Assembly: GCA_963803805.1 (NCBI GenBank)
Contig: CAWDOD010000007.1
Coordinates: 1 to 64,000, forward strand
Reading direction: 5' to 3'
DNA from: an uncultured cyanobacterium
GTDB lineage: Bacteria > Cyanobacteriota > Cyanobacteriia > Cyanobacteriales > CAWCAG01
Length of the DNA: 64,000 nucleotides
The first letter of the stretch is position 1, and every line of letters starts with the position of its first letter. Below are positions 11,571 to 23,100 of the stretch, piece after piece. Position numbers and translations under genes: made by a program. The notes below the pieces were generated by a model. The model searched no databases. It was given only the letters and a program-made list of their open reading frames with translations, and was not told where the DNA came from.

Positions 11571-14500
11571 TTGCCCATGAATATTACTACACTTCAACTA
11601 CCTAATTATCAAACAACAGAGCAAATTTACGATAGTAATAGAACGGTAGTTTATCGAGGAATCTCTTCTGTTCACCAAAAACCGGTAGTAATTAAAATAC
11701 TCAAGAAAGATTATCCTACCTTCAACGAAATCTTACAGTTCCGTAACCAATATACTATCACTAAAAATCTTGATGTAGCTGGTATTGTCAAACCTATTAA
11801 TTTGGAAACCTATGGCAATAGTTTAGCTTTGATTATGGAAGACGATGGCAGTATTTCTCTGAGTGAAGAATTGAAGAGTAGAGAAGCTCAAAATCTTTCC
11901 TTAGAGGAATTTTTTTCTATTGCTATTCAGCTAGCTGAGATTTTAGAAGGATTATATAAAAATCGAGTTATTCACAAAGATATTAAGCCAGCTAATATTC
12001 TTATTAATCTCCAAACAAAGCAAGTTAAGTTAATTGACTTTAGTATCGCTTCATTGCTACCAAAAGAACAACAGGAAATCCAAAACCCCAATATCTTAGA
12101 AGGAACCCTAGCTTACATTTCTCCAGAACAAACTGGCAGGATGAACAGAGGCATTGATTACCGTAGTGATTATTATTCATTGGGGGTAACTTTCTATCAA
12201 TTGCTGACAGGAAAGTTACCATTTAAGAGTGATGATGCCATGAAGTTGGTACATTGTCATCTGGCTACAATGCCCCCAAAATTAGGAAGATGGGGAGATG
12301 GGGAGGTAGGAAAAGAAAAAATCCCCCAGATGGTTTCGGATATTGTGATGAAGTTGATGGCGAAGAATGCTGAAGATCGCTATCAGAGTGCTTTGGGGTT
12401 GAAATATGATTTGCAAAAGTGCTGGCAACAATGGCAGGAAACGGGTGACATTGAGCCTTTTGAATTGGGAGAGAGGGATATTGGCGATCGCTTCCTTGTC
12501 CCCGAAAAACTCTACGGTAGAGCAACAGAAGTTAAGACGTTGCTAGAGGCTTTTGAACGTGTTGCTAATGGTAGCTCAGAAATAATGCTAGTAGCTGGGT
12601 TTTCCGGCATTGGTAAAACCGTCGTTATCAACGAAGTTCACAAACCCATTGTCAAGCAAAGGGGCAGCTTCATTCAAGGTAAATTTGACCAAGTTAATCG
12701 TAACATTCCCTTTTCTGCCTTCGTGCAAGCACTGAGAGATTTGATGGCTCAATTGCTGGGTGAGTCCGATGCAGAGTTAAGCAACTGGAAGACAAAAATC
12801 CTGAAAGCTTTAGGTGAAAACGCCCAAGTATTAATTAAGGTCATTCCGGAACTAGAAAGCATTATTGGCCAACAACCCCCCATACCCGAACTATCGGGAA
12901 TTGCAGCACAAAATCGCTTTAATTTGCTCTTTCAAAAGTTCATTGCCACATTTACCACACCTGAACATCCCCTGGTGATGTTTTTAGATGATTTACAATG
13001 GGCAGATTCAGCATCCCTCAATCTCATCAAAGTGTTGATGGGAGATCATGGGGCAGGTTACTTATTATTGTTGGGAGCCTATCGAGATAATGAAGTTTCT
13101 CCTGCCCATCCCTTAATGTTGAGCTTAGCTGAATTGGCAAAAAAACAAGCCGTAATTTCCACAATTACCTTACAGCCATTAGCACTTGTTCATGTCAATC
13201 AACTGGTTGCGGACACTCTTAGTTGTAGCAAAGAACTAGCCCAACCCTTAAGCAAATTAATATATCAAAAAACCAAAGGCAACCCCTTCTTTACAACTCA
13301 GTTTTTAAAAGGGTTATACGAAGATGAACTAATTACCTTTCAGCTTGGCTTAGGCTATTGGGAATGCGATCTTGTGAAAGTGGGGGATGCGGCTTTAGCT
13401 GAAGATGTTGTTGAATTCATGGCAGGGCGCTTGCAGAAATTGCCGGAAGCAACCCAGAATGTCTTGAAATTGGCTGCTTGTATTGGCAATCAGTTTGAAA
13501 TAGAGACATTGGCTGTAATTTGTCAAGAGTCTGAGGAGAAGGTTGCTAGGGATATTTGGGTTGCCTTACAAGAAGGGTTGGTTTTACCTATCAGTGAAGC
13601 CTATAAGTTTTTCCAGGGGGTAGTAGAACAAGCCACAGCTAAGATGGCAACAGTCGCTTATCGTTTCTTGCACGACCGGCTTCAACAAGCGGCTTACTCC
13701 TTAATCCCCGACAAGCAAAAAGACACAACCCATTACCAGATCGGGCAACTACTGCTCCAAAAGATACCAAAAGAAGCAACAGAAGACCGAATTTTTGAAC
13801 TAGTGAGCCAACTCAACTATGGCACAGCTTTAATTACCGAACAAGCAGAACGAGATGAATTAGCGCAACTAAACCTCATGGCTTGTCGCAAAGCCAGGGT
13901 GGCCACGGCCTATCAAGCAGGACGCGAATATGTCAGTGTTGGATTATCCTTACTGGGAGAAAACCCCTGGCAACGACAATACCAAATGACTTTAGCATTC
14001 CATGAGTTAGGGGCTGAACTGGCATCTCTGTGCGGTGACTTTGAGGCCATGGAACCGTTTTTTGAAACGGTCATTGCCAATGCACACTCTTTACTGGAAC
14101 AAGTCAATGTTTACCAAATCAAAATCCAAGCCCATAATTCTCAAAATCAGTTTAGCCAAGCCATTGTGATCGCCCAGCAATTTCTTCAAGAGTTAGGGGT
14201 GACTTTTCCCCAAGTACCTACACCCCAAGATATTCAACAGGAGATTCAAGAAATTGGAGAACTAATTGGAGAGCGAGAGATTAAAGATTTAGTTCATCTA
14301 CCTATGATGAAGGATCAGACAAAATTGGCTATTGTCCAGATTGCTAGTAGTATCAATTCAGCAACTTACCTTTCTGGCTCTCCCTTATTCCCATTACTAA
14401 TTTTATTGTCAGCTAAACTCTCCATTCAGTATGGGAACACAGCCATTTCAGCTAGTACCTATGCTAGCTATGGTATTCTTCTGGGTAATATCTTGCAAGA

Positions 14501-16949
14501 TATAGATGCAGTAACCAAGTTTGGTCAACTAGCACTCCAGGTAGTCTCCAAACTAGGCGCTAAAGCAGTTAAGCCTCCAGTCTTGCTAATTCTAGGCATT
14601 TATATCTTGCACCGTACCTCTCACCTCAAAGAAATCCTATCCATCTTACAAGAAGGCTACACCACCGGATTAGAAGTGGGCAACCTAGAGTTTGCTGGTG
14701 CTAATCTCCAAAATTTTTGTTGCCACTCTTTTTGGTGTGGTCTGCCTCTGGTTACATTGGCACAAGATACTCGCGCCTCTTACAAGCAAATGACCCAACT
14801 TAACCAATTAGCAAATGCTAATTATTGCCGCATCTACTTGCAACCGGTTTTAAATTTGCTAGGAACTCCAGAACATCCTAGTAGCCTATCGGGGGAAGTG
14901 CTTCAACAAGAACAACTGCTACTCCAACTACAGGATGCCCATGATTTGTATGGATTGTATATTTTTCATGTCTACAAACTAATGTTGTGTTATCTATTTG
15001 GGGAGATTGCAGCAGCACAAAATCATGCTCTTGAAAGTAAAGGTTATTTAAGATCTGGTGCAGGGCTTGTCACTGAAGCAGTGCTTTATTTTTATGAATC
15101 TTTGACAATTCTAGCAGCTTCAACTCCTGAATCTAAATCATTGGAGCAGGTAGAACAAAATCAAACCAAACTGCAACAGCAATGGGCAAACCATGCCCCC
15201 ATGAATCACCAGCATAAAGTTGATTTAGTAGAAGCTGAGAAATACCGAGTCTTAGGAAAACCCTACAAAGCCTTAGAACTTTATGACCGCGCGATTGCCG
15301 GAGCCAAAGAAAACGAATACATTCAAGAACAAGCCCTAGGAAACGAACTAGCTGCCAAATTTCACCTCAATTGGGGCAAAGAGAAAATAGCCGCTGTCTA
15401 TATGCAAGAAGCTTACTATTGCTATGCTCATTGGGGAGCAAAAGCCAAAGTTGAGCAACTGCAAAAAGACTATTCCCAACTCCTTACACCTATTTTACAA
15501 CCGAGACAAGAAGAACAATCCCAACAAATGCCAGAAACTCTGACACTTGTCACCACTTCCCCCTATAGCCTCGCCTCCAGCCAAACCAGTCTTTCAGAAT
15601 CTCTAGACCTCTCAACAGTCCTTAAAGCTTCCCAATCTCTTTCCCAGGAAATCCATTTAGACCGCTTGTTATGTCTGATTATGGAAGTTATTGTCACCAA
15701 TGCTGGAGCCAATGAAGGTACTCTACTATGGCTGAAAGAGGATGATCTAGTAATTGCAGCCCATTATTACCAGAAAGACAAACAATGTAAAATTCCTAAT
15801 GCTCCCTTAGAACAATACTCTAACTTACCCTTAAGCATCATTAATACCGTCAAGCGTAGTCAACAAGCAATTATCGTTAACCAAAGCCAAATAGAGACAA
15901 GGTGGGCTAATGACCCCTACTTAAGGCAGCATCAGCCTCAAAGTTGCTTGTGTATGCCGGTTTTACAACAGGGTAAACTTCTAGCCTTGTTGTACTTAGA
16001 AAATCAGTTAACTCCAGGAGTCTTTAGCAAAAGTCGTCTAGAAATGCTCACCATGCTGACTTCCCAAGCAGCCATTTCCCTAGAAAACGCTCAACTCTAT
16101 CAAACCCTAGAAGAAAAAGTCAAACAGAGAACAAGGGAGTTAGAAGCAGCCCAAAAACAAATCATTTCCCAAGAAAAACTGGCTTCATTAGGAGCCTTAA
16201 CAGCAGGAGTAGCCCATGAATTACGCAATCCCCTTAACTTCGTTAATAACTATGCTGAAGGCTCAGTAGAATTGGCAACAGAATTAATCGAAGCACTGGA
16301 AACTCCAGACTCCCTGAATCAAGATGACTTTGATTATCTTCAAGAAATTGCTACCGATCTTAAAGACAATGCTGGAGCGATTCAAAAACATGGTCAAAGG
16401 GCAGAAAGGATCATCTACAACATGATGCAACACTCTCGTCGTGATGATAACTCTTGCCAACTGACAGATATTAACAAACTCCTAGATGAAGCTAGACAGT
16501 TGGCATATCACAGTAGAAGAAGCCGCGACAATAGTTTTAACGTTACTTTTGCTACCCAATATGATGAGTCAGTAGGAGAGTTAGAGGTATTTTCGGCTTC
16601 TTTGAATCGTGCTTTTATTAACCTCATTGATAACGCTTGTTACGCGGCTTGGAGTCAGTATCTTAAGCAAGGAGAAGCTTTTGTACCACAGTTGTGGATT
16701 ACTAGCCAAAATTTAGGTGAGGAAATAGAGATACGCATTCGTGATAATGGGGTGGGTATTCCTAGTGAAGCAAAAGAGAAAGTCTTTGAGCCATTCTTCA
16801 CCACTAAACCTACGGGGGAAGGAACAGGGTTAGGATTATCTTTAACCCATGAAATTATTGTGGGGCAGCATGGGGGAACTCTAAGGTTAGAAAGCAAACC
16901 AGGTAGTTTTACAGAATTCATTCTTATACTGCCCAAGAAACATCAGTAG
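11571..16949 (+). CDS. Ser/Thr kinase - AAA ATPase - GAF - histidine kinase, tandem paralog
   Basis: Same motifs as the upstream gene. The last ~540 aa are almost identical to it. Confidence 0.93.
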   Translation: MPMNITTLQLPNYQTTEQIYDSNRTVVYRGISSVHQKPVVIKILKKDYPTFNEILQFRNQYTITKNLDVAGIVKPINLETYGNSLALIMEDDGSISLSEELKSREAQNLSLEEFFSIAIQLAEILEGLYKNRVIHKDIKPANILINLQTKQVKLIDFSIASLLPKEQQEIQNPNILEGTLAYISPEQTGRMNRGIDYRSDYYSLGVTFYQLLTGKLPFKSDDAMKLVHCHLATMPPKLGRWGDGEVGKEKIPQMVSDIVMKLMAKNAEDRYQSALGLKYDLQKCWQQWQETGDIEPFELGERDIGDRFLVPEKLYGRATEVKTLLEAFERVANGSSEIMLVAGFSGIGKTVVINEVHKPIVKQRGSFIQGKFDQVNRNIPFSAFVQALRDLMAQLLGESDAELSNWKTKILKALGENAQVLIKVIPELESIIGQQPPIPELSGIAAQNRFNLLFQKFIATFTTPEHPLVMFLDDLQWADSASLNLIKVLMGDHGAGYLLLLGAYRDNEVSPAHPLMLSLAELAKKQAVISTITLQPLALVHVNQLVADTLSCSKELAQPLSKLIYQKTKGNPFFTTQFLKGLYEDELITFQLGLGYWECDLVKVGDAALAEDVVEFMAGRLQKLPEATQNVLKLAACIGNQFEIETLAVICQESEEKVARDIWVALQEGLVLPISEAYKFFQGVVEQATAKMATVAYRFLHDRLQQAAYSLIPDKQKDTTHYQIGQLLLQKIPKEATEDRIFELVSQLNYGTALITEQAERDELAQLNLMACRKARVATAYQAGREYVSVGLSLLGENPWQRQYQMTLAFHELGAELASLCGDFEAMEPFFETVIANAHSLLEQVNVYQIKIQAHNSQNQFSQAIVIAQQFLQELGVTFPQVPTPQDIQQEIQEIGELIGEREIKDLVHLPMMKDQTKLAIVQIASSINSATYLSGSPLFPLLILLSAKLSIQYGNTAISASTYASYGILLGNILQDIDAVTKFGQLALQVVSKLGAKAVKPPVLLILGIYILHRTSHLKEILSILQEGYTTGLEVGNLEFAGANLQNFCCHSFWCGLPLVTLAQDTRASYKQMTQLNQLANANYCRIYLQPVLNLLGTPEHPSSLSGEVLQQEQLLLQLQDAHDLYGLYIFHVYKLMLCYLFGEIAAAQNHALESKGYLRSGAGLVTEAVLYFYESLTILAASTPESKSLEQVEQNQTKLQQQWANHAPMNHQHKVDLVEAEKYRVLGKPYKALELYDRAIAGAKENEYIQEQALGNELAAKFHLNWGKEKIAAVYMQEAYYCYAHWGAKAKVEQLQKDYSQLLTPILQPRQEEQSQQMPETLTLVTTSPYSLASSQTSLSESLDLSTVLKASQSLSQEIHLDRLLCLIMEVIVTNAGANEGTLLWLKEDDLVIAAHYYQKDKQCKIPNAPLEQYSNLPLSIINTVKRSQQAIIVNQSQIETRWANDPYLRQHQPQSCLCMPVLQQGKLLALLYLENQLTPGVFSKSRLEMLTMLTSQAAISLENAQLYQTLEEKVKQRTRELEAAQKQIISQEKLASLGALTAGVAHELRNPLNFVNNYAEGSVELATELIEALETPDSLNQDDFDYLQEIATDLKDNAGAIQKHGQRAERIIYNMMQHSRRDDNSCQLTDINKLLDEARQLAYHSRRSRDNSFNVTFATQYDESVGELEVFSASLNRAFINLIDNACYAAWSQYLKQGEAFVPQLWITSQNLGEEIEIRIRDNGVGIPSEAKEKVFEPFFTTKPTGEGTGLGLSLTHEIIVGQHGGTLRLESKPGSFTEFILILPKKHQ
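15300..16941 (+). repeat. ~1.64 kb near-identical direct repeat, copy 2
   Basis: Matches 9914-11555. Confidence 0.95.
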
Positions 16950-17004
16950 TTAAACAAAGTTAATTGGGCGCTTTTCCAGGATAACTCTATACAAATGACT
17001 TGAG

Positions 17005-17037
17005 AATTTGCCATCCTTAGATAAGGGATGGCAAATT
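17005..17037 (+). terminator. Strong hairpin, probable intrinsic terminator or RNA-stabilising stem
   Basis: AATTTGCCATCC / GGATGGCAAATT 12-bp perfect stem followed by TAATTTT, 56 bp after the stop codon at 16949. Confidence 0.65.
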
Positions 17038-17105
17038 TAATTTTCCTCAACTTTAATCCATTCAACCAAATCAATAGAGTCTACATCTAGATTAAGAAAG
17101 TCTAA

Positions 17106-20100
17106 ATGATGAGCAATACTACATTTCTTCCTAACTATCAAATCACAGAGCAAATTTACAATGGTAATAGAACTGTAGTTTATCGGGGGATTTGTGCTGA
17201 TTCCCAAAAGCCTGTAATCATTAAACTACTCAAAAAAGCATACCCTACCTTTGCTGAACTAGTACAATTTCGCAATCAGTATTTAATAACTAAGAATATT
17301 CAGATAGAGGGCATTGTCCAACCTATTGCTTTAGAAAGTTGTGGTAATGGTTTGGCTTTAATAATGGAAGATGATGGCAGTATTTCTCTGAGTGAAGAAT
17401 TGAAAAGTAGGGCAGATCAGAGGATTTCCCTGGAAGAATTTTTGACCATTGCTATCAAGCTAACTAAAATTCTCGAAGGACTATACCACAATCGTATTAT
17501 TCACAAAGATATTAAACCGGCTAATATTCTGATTCATCCCCAAACTAAGCAAGTTAAGTTAATTGATTTTCGTATCGCCACTTTACTACCAAAAGAACAA
17601 CAAGAAATCCAAAATCCAAACGTCTTAGAGGGAACCCTTGCTTACATTTCTCCCGAACAAACTGGCAGGATGAATCGAGGTATTGACTATCGCAGTGATT
17701 ATTATTCATTGGGAGTAACTTTTTATCAACTACTAAGTGGAAAATTACCATATGAGAGTGATGATGTTATGGAATTGGTGCATTGTCATATTGCAAAAAC
17801 GGCTTTGCCGTTAGGGAGGAGTGAGGAGGGAGGAGGGAGCAGTAAGATTCCTGGAGTGGTTGAGGATATTGTGATGAAGTTGATGGCGAAGAATGCTGAA
17901 GATCGCTATCAGAGTGCTTTGGGGTTGAAATATGATTTGCAAAAGTGCTGGCAGCAGTGGCAGGAAACGGGTGACATTGAGCCTTTTGAATTGGGAGAGA
18001 GGGATATTGGCGATCGCTTCCTTGTCCCCGAAAAACTCTACGGTAGGGAAACCGAAGTTGCCCAATTACTTGCTACATTTGAACGGGTTGCCGTTGGGAA
18101 GGTAGAAATAGCCCTGGTGGCAGGATTTTCTGGCATCGGTAAAACTGCTGTTGTTAATGAAGTTCACAAGCCCATTGTGCGGCAAAGAGGTTATTTCATT
18201 AAGGGGAAATTTGACCAATTCAACCGTAACACTCCCTTTTCTGCCTTTGTTCAAGCTTTTCGCGACTTGATGAATCAATTACTATCAGAAAGCGAAAGTC
18301 AGCTTGCACAGTGGAAAACCGAAATCCTTAATGCTTTGAGAGAAAACGCCCAAGTTATTGTTGAAGTTCTTCCTGAATTAGAAAGTATCATCGGAAAACA
18401 ATCTCCCTGTGCTGAATTATCTGGAAGTGCGGCTCAAAATCGCTTCAATTTACTCTTTAGCAAATTTATCCAAATCTTCACAACTGCTGCTCATCCTCTT
18501 GTGCTGTTTCTTGATGACTTGCAATGGGCAGACTCAGCATCTCTTAGTCTCATGAAATTGTTGGTGGGAGAAACCGAAACAGGATATTTATTAGTATTGG
18601 GAGCCTATCGTAACAATGAAGTCTCCCCCACTCATCCCTTGATGTTAACCTTAGACGAGATCAAAAAAGATCAGGCAGTTGTTAACACGATCACCCTAGC
18701 ACCTCTGAGTAAATTAGGATTAAATCATCTCGTTGCCGACACCCTTGGTTGCAATCTTGAGTTGGCATCCCCCTTAACGCAACTAGTGTATCAAAAAACC
18801 CAAGGCAATCCCTTCTTTGCAACTCAATTGCTCAAATCTCTCCATGAAGGAAAATGGCTTTATTTTAACCCAAAATCAGGGCATTGGCAGTGTGAAATGG
18901 TGTCAGTAGGACAACTATCTTTAACAGAGGATGTTGTCGAGTTTATGGTGACTCAGTTACAGAAGTTACCCCTCCTAACTCAAGAATTATTGAAATTAGC
19001 CGCTTGCATTGGTAATCAGTTTGATCTAGAAACCTTGGGAATTATTTCTGAGCAATCCCCCACAGAAACAGCCACGAATTTGTGGAAAGCCCTGCAAGAA
19101 GGCTTAGTGTTGCCTACCAATGAAGTATACAAGTTCTATCAATCTGAGGAAAATGCGAAAGTAATAGCGAATTTAGAGCATCGTGCAGCAAACTATAAGT
19201 TTCTGCACGACAGGGTTCAGCAAGCCGCTTATTCTCTCATTCCAGAAGATCAAAAACAAACTACCCATTATCAAATTGGACGACTTTTCTTAGCTAAAAT
19301 CTCTCCAGAAGAGCGAGGAAAACGGATTTTTGAGATAGTCAATCATTTGAATTTGGGCTTACCTTTAATCAAGGAAGTTGAAGAAAAGACTGAACTAGCC
19401 AACTTGAATTTAGCCGCAGCTTGCAAAGCCAAAGCCGCAACTGCTTACCCTGCGGCTATCATCTATCTCAATACAGGAATTGAACTACTACCAGCAGATG
19501 TGTGGCAACACCACTACCAACTAGCCTTAGATTATCACAATCTGATTGCAGAAGTGACTTTTTTGAATGGTAACTTTCTGGAAATGCACCAGTGGATTGA
19601 CATTGTACAGCAACAAAGCAGAAGCTTATTAGATAAGGTCGAAGTTTACAAAACGCTGATTTCTGCCAAGATCGCCCAACAAAAGCTTTTAGAAGCCATT
19701 GAAGTGGGTTTACAAGCCCTTTCCCTGTTGGGTGTACACTTACCAATCAAACCAACAGATGAAGATATTCAACAAGCACTGAAGAAAACAAATGCTCTAA
19801 TTCCTGCCACCGGGATTTCCTCGCTATTTTCTTTGCCTTCTATTACTAACCCTAAGATTTTGGCGACGGTGCAAATCACCTCTACTTTAGCACCAGCAGC
19901 CTATATGGTAGGCTCTGGAGTATTTTTACTGATTGTGTTAGTAGAAATTCGTTTATCCATTAAGTATGGTAATTCTCCCATGTCTGCGGTTGCCTATGGT
20001 CACTATGGTATTGTCTTGTGTGGCATAATCAATGATATTGATGCTGGGTATCAATTCGGCAGACTTGCTCTGCACTCGGCAGAGCAAGGTCATGGCAAAA

Positions 20101-23100
20101 CAATGAAGGCGAAAATTGCCTTTATTTTCGGGACGCTAATTTCACCCTGGAAAAATCATCCTCAAGAAACACTTAAACTCCTGCAAACTTGCTATCAAGA
20201 TGCTCTGGAAGCGGGAAGTCCAGAGATCGCCGCTTTTTGCCGCTACCATGATGCACAATCTTCCTATGCCATCGGGCAAGAATTATTTGTCTTAAAAAAC
20301 AAGCTTGCTCTTTATAGCCAGCAAATTCGTCAAATCAAACAAAAATTACACCTCAACTGGAATGAGCTATTGCGCCAAGTAGTTCTTAATCTCCAAGGAG
20401 CTTCTGACAATCCCTGTTGCTTAACCGGAGAGGCTATTAATGAAGAACACCTTCTCGCCCAATACCAAAAAACTCAAAATGTCTTGGGTCTTTACAGCTT
20501 ACACTTACATAAGCTTATTTTGTGCTATTTGTTTAACCGAGATGCTGATGCTTTAAACCATGCTCAAGCTGCCACTCAATATATCAGTGGAGGAACAGCA
20601 CAGATTATAGTACCTCTGTTAGCCTTTTATAGCGCACTAATACATTTGCGTGTCTGGTCTAATTTATCAGAAACTGAACAGGAGCATACACTTAAAAAAG
20701 TAATTGCTGAGCGGGAGAAGTTGCAAAGGTGGGCAGATCATGCACCGATGAACTTTCAGCACAAAGTTGATTTAGTTGCGGCTGAGGAATATCGGGTTTT
20801 AGGCAATAAAATAGAAGCAATGGAAATGTATGATCACGCCATTGCTGGGGCTAAAGAAAACGCCTACATCCAAGACGAGGCCTTAGCTAACGAACTAGCT
20901 GCTAAATTCTACCTTAATTGGGGGAAAGAAACTATCGCCGAAGCTTATCTCACCAAAGCTTACTACTGCTATGTTCGCTGGGGAGCCAAAGCTAAAACTG
21001 ACCACCTCGAACAAACCTATTCCCAATTGTTGCGTCCGATTTTCCAGCAAACAGTACAAGTAATTAATCCCTTGGAAACTTTGGCAAACTTTGCTGTTAC
21101 TACTGTTCCAGCTTCGGTACAAACCAATACTACTACCAATATTGATACGGCCCTAGATTTTGCTACTCTCCTCAAAGCTTCTCAAAGCCTGTCCGGGACT
21201 ATTCAAATCAATGAATTGCTCCATCAACTGAGCAAAATAATTTTGCAACACTCCGGGGGCGATCGCTGTGCCTTAATTCTCCCTGATAGGGAGGAAAGTT
21301 GGCAAGTACGAACCATTGCAACACCAGAAAATACCGAACTATGTGCCGATCCCATTGAGGGTAATAGCAACCTACCTGTTAAGTTGATTCAGTATGTCCG
21401 AAATACTCAAGAAGTGGTCGTAATTAACAATTGTCAAACCGACTTGCCGGTTATAGACGAGTATCTTAGTCAGCAACAACCCAAAAGTGTCCTCTGTTTA
21501 CCGATCCTCAATCAGAGTCATTTAATTGGCATTCTGTATTTAAAAAACCGCCAGACTAGTGGTGTCTTTACCCAAGAGCGCATCCTCATCCTCAACTTCC
21601 TTTGCACCCAAGCTGCTATTTCCATTGAAAACGCTCGTCTCTATCAAGATTTAGAAAACTATTCCCAAAACCTAGAGCAAATAGTAAAAGAGCGCACTAC
21701 TGCCCTCCAAGAAAGAGAAACTCGCCTGCGGCTGGCCTTGAGTGCAGCTAACCAAGGGTTTTTCGATATGAATATACATACTGATGAAGCTATTGTTAGC
21801 CCAGAATATGCTCTCATGCTGGGGTATGAGCCAACAACATTCCAAGAAACAGTCACCGACTGGCGTAGCCGCTTGCATCCAGAGGATCAAAAACGAGTGA
21901 GTAAAGCCTATCAGGACTATGAAGCTGGCAAAACTCCCCAGTACGAAGTGGAATTTCGTCAGCGTAGTCAGCAGGGAGAGTGGAAATGGATTCTTGCTGT
22001 GGGGAAATTTATTGAGTGGGATGCAAACGGAAATCCCACCAGGCTTTTAGGAACTCATACTGATATTAGCGATCGCAAACGAGCAGAAATAGACCTGCAA
22101 AATTTAATTGAAGGAACTGCTGCTACCATAGGACAGGACTTTTTTCCTGCCTTAGTTAAGTATATTGCCGAAGCATTAAATGTTGACTACGCTGTGGTCA
22201 CTGAACTAGCGAATGACAACCTCCATACTCTAGCCTTTTGGGGCAATAATTCTTTGCAACAGACTTTCTCCTATCGTCCGGTTAATACCCCCTGCGCCCT
22301 AGCCTTACAACATGGCAAGTTTTGTTGTGATCAGTTGATTCAAGAACATTTCCCTGGGGATATAGACTTAGCAGCAATGGAGGTAGAGAGTTATTTGGGT
22401 ATTGCCCTAGGAGATACCAATGGTAAATCAATTGGCAACTTGTGTATCCTTAGCAAACAGCCTATCCAAAATCCTCAAAGAGCAGAACAAATCCTGCGCG
22501 TCTTTGCTGCACGGGCTGCGGCTGAATTGGAGCGTCAGCGGACGCAGACATCATTAGAGGAACTCAACCAAGCTTTAGAAACCAAGGTAGTGGAACTACA
22601 AGCAGCCAAAGAACAAGCAGATAGTGCTAATCGGGCTAAAAGTACTTTTCTGGCCAACATGAGTCACGAACTACGTACACCTCTCAACGGCATCCTTGGT
22701 TATACTCAAATATTGCAGCAGGAAAGTATCTTAGAAGGTAATCAACTTAAAGGCATTCAAACCATCCATCAATGTGGTAGCCATCTCCTTGACTTGATCA
22801 ACGATATCCTTGACTTGAGTAAAATCGAAGCCCAAAAAATGGAGTTACAGCCCAGGGAAATAAATTTCTCCATTTTCTTAAACACCATAGTGGAAATGTT
22901 TCGCCTCAAAGCCCAACAAAAAGGAATTGATTTTATCTATCAAGAATTACAACAACTTCCTAGTGTTATCTATGGTGACGAAAAGCGGTTGCGTCAAGTA
23001 ATTATTAATCTCCTTGGCAATGCTATCAAATTCACTCTACGGGGAAAGGTAACATTTTCTGTGGAAGTTCTAGCCCAGGAAGGGAACAATCCCCGCCAAT

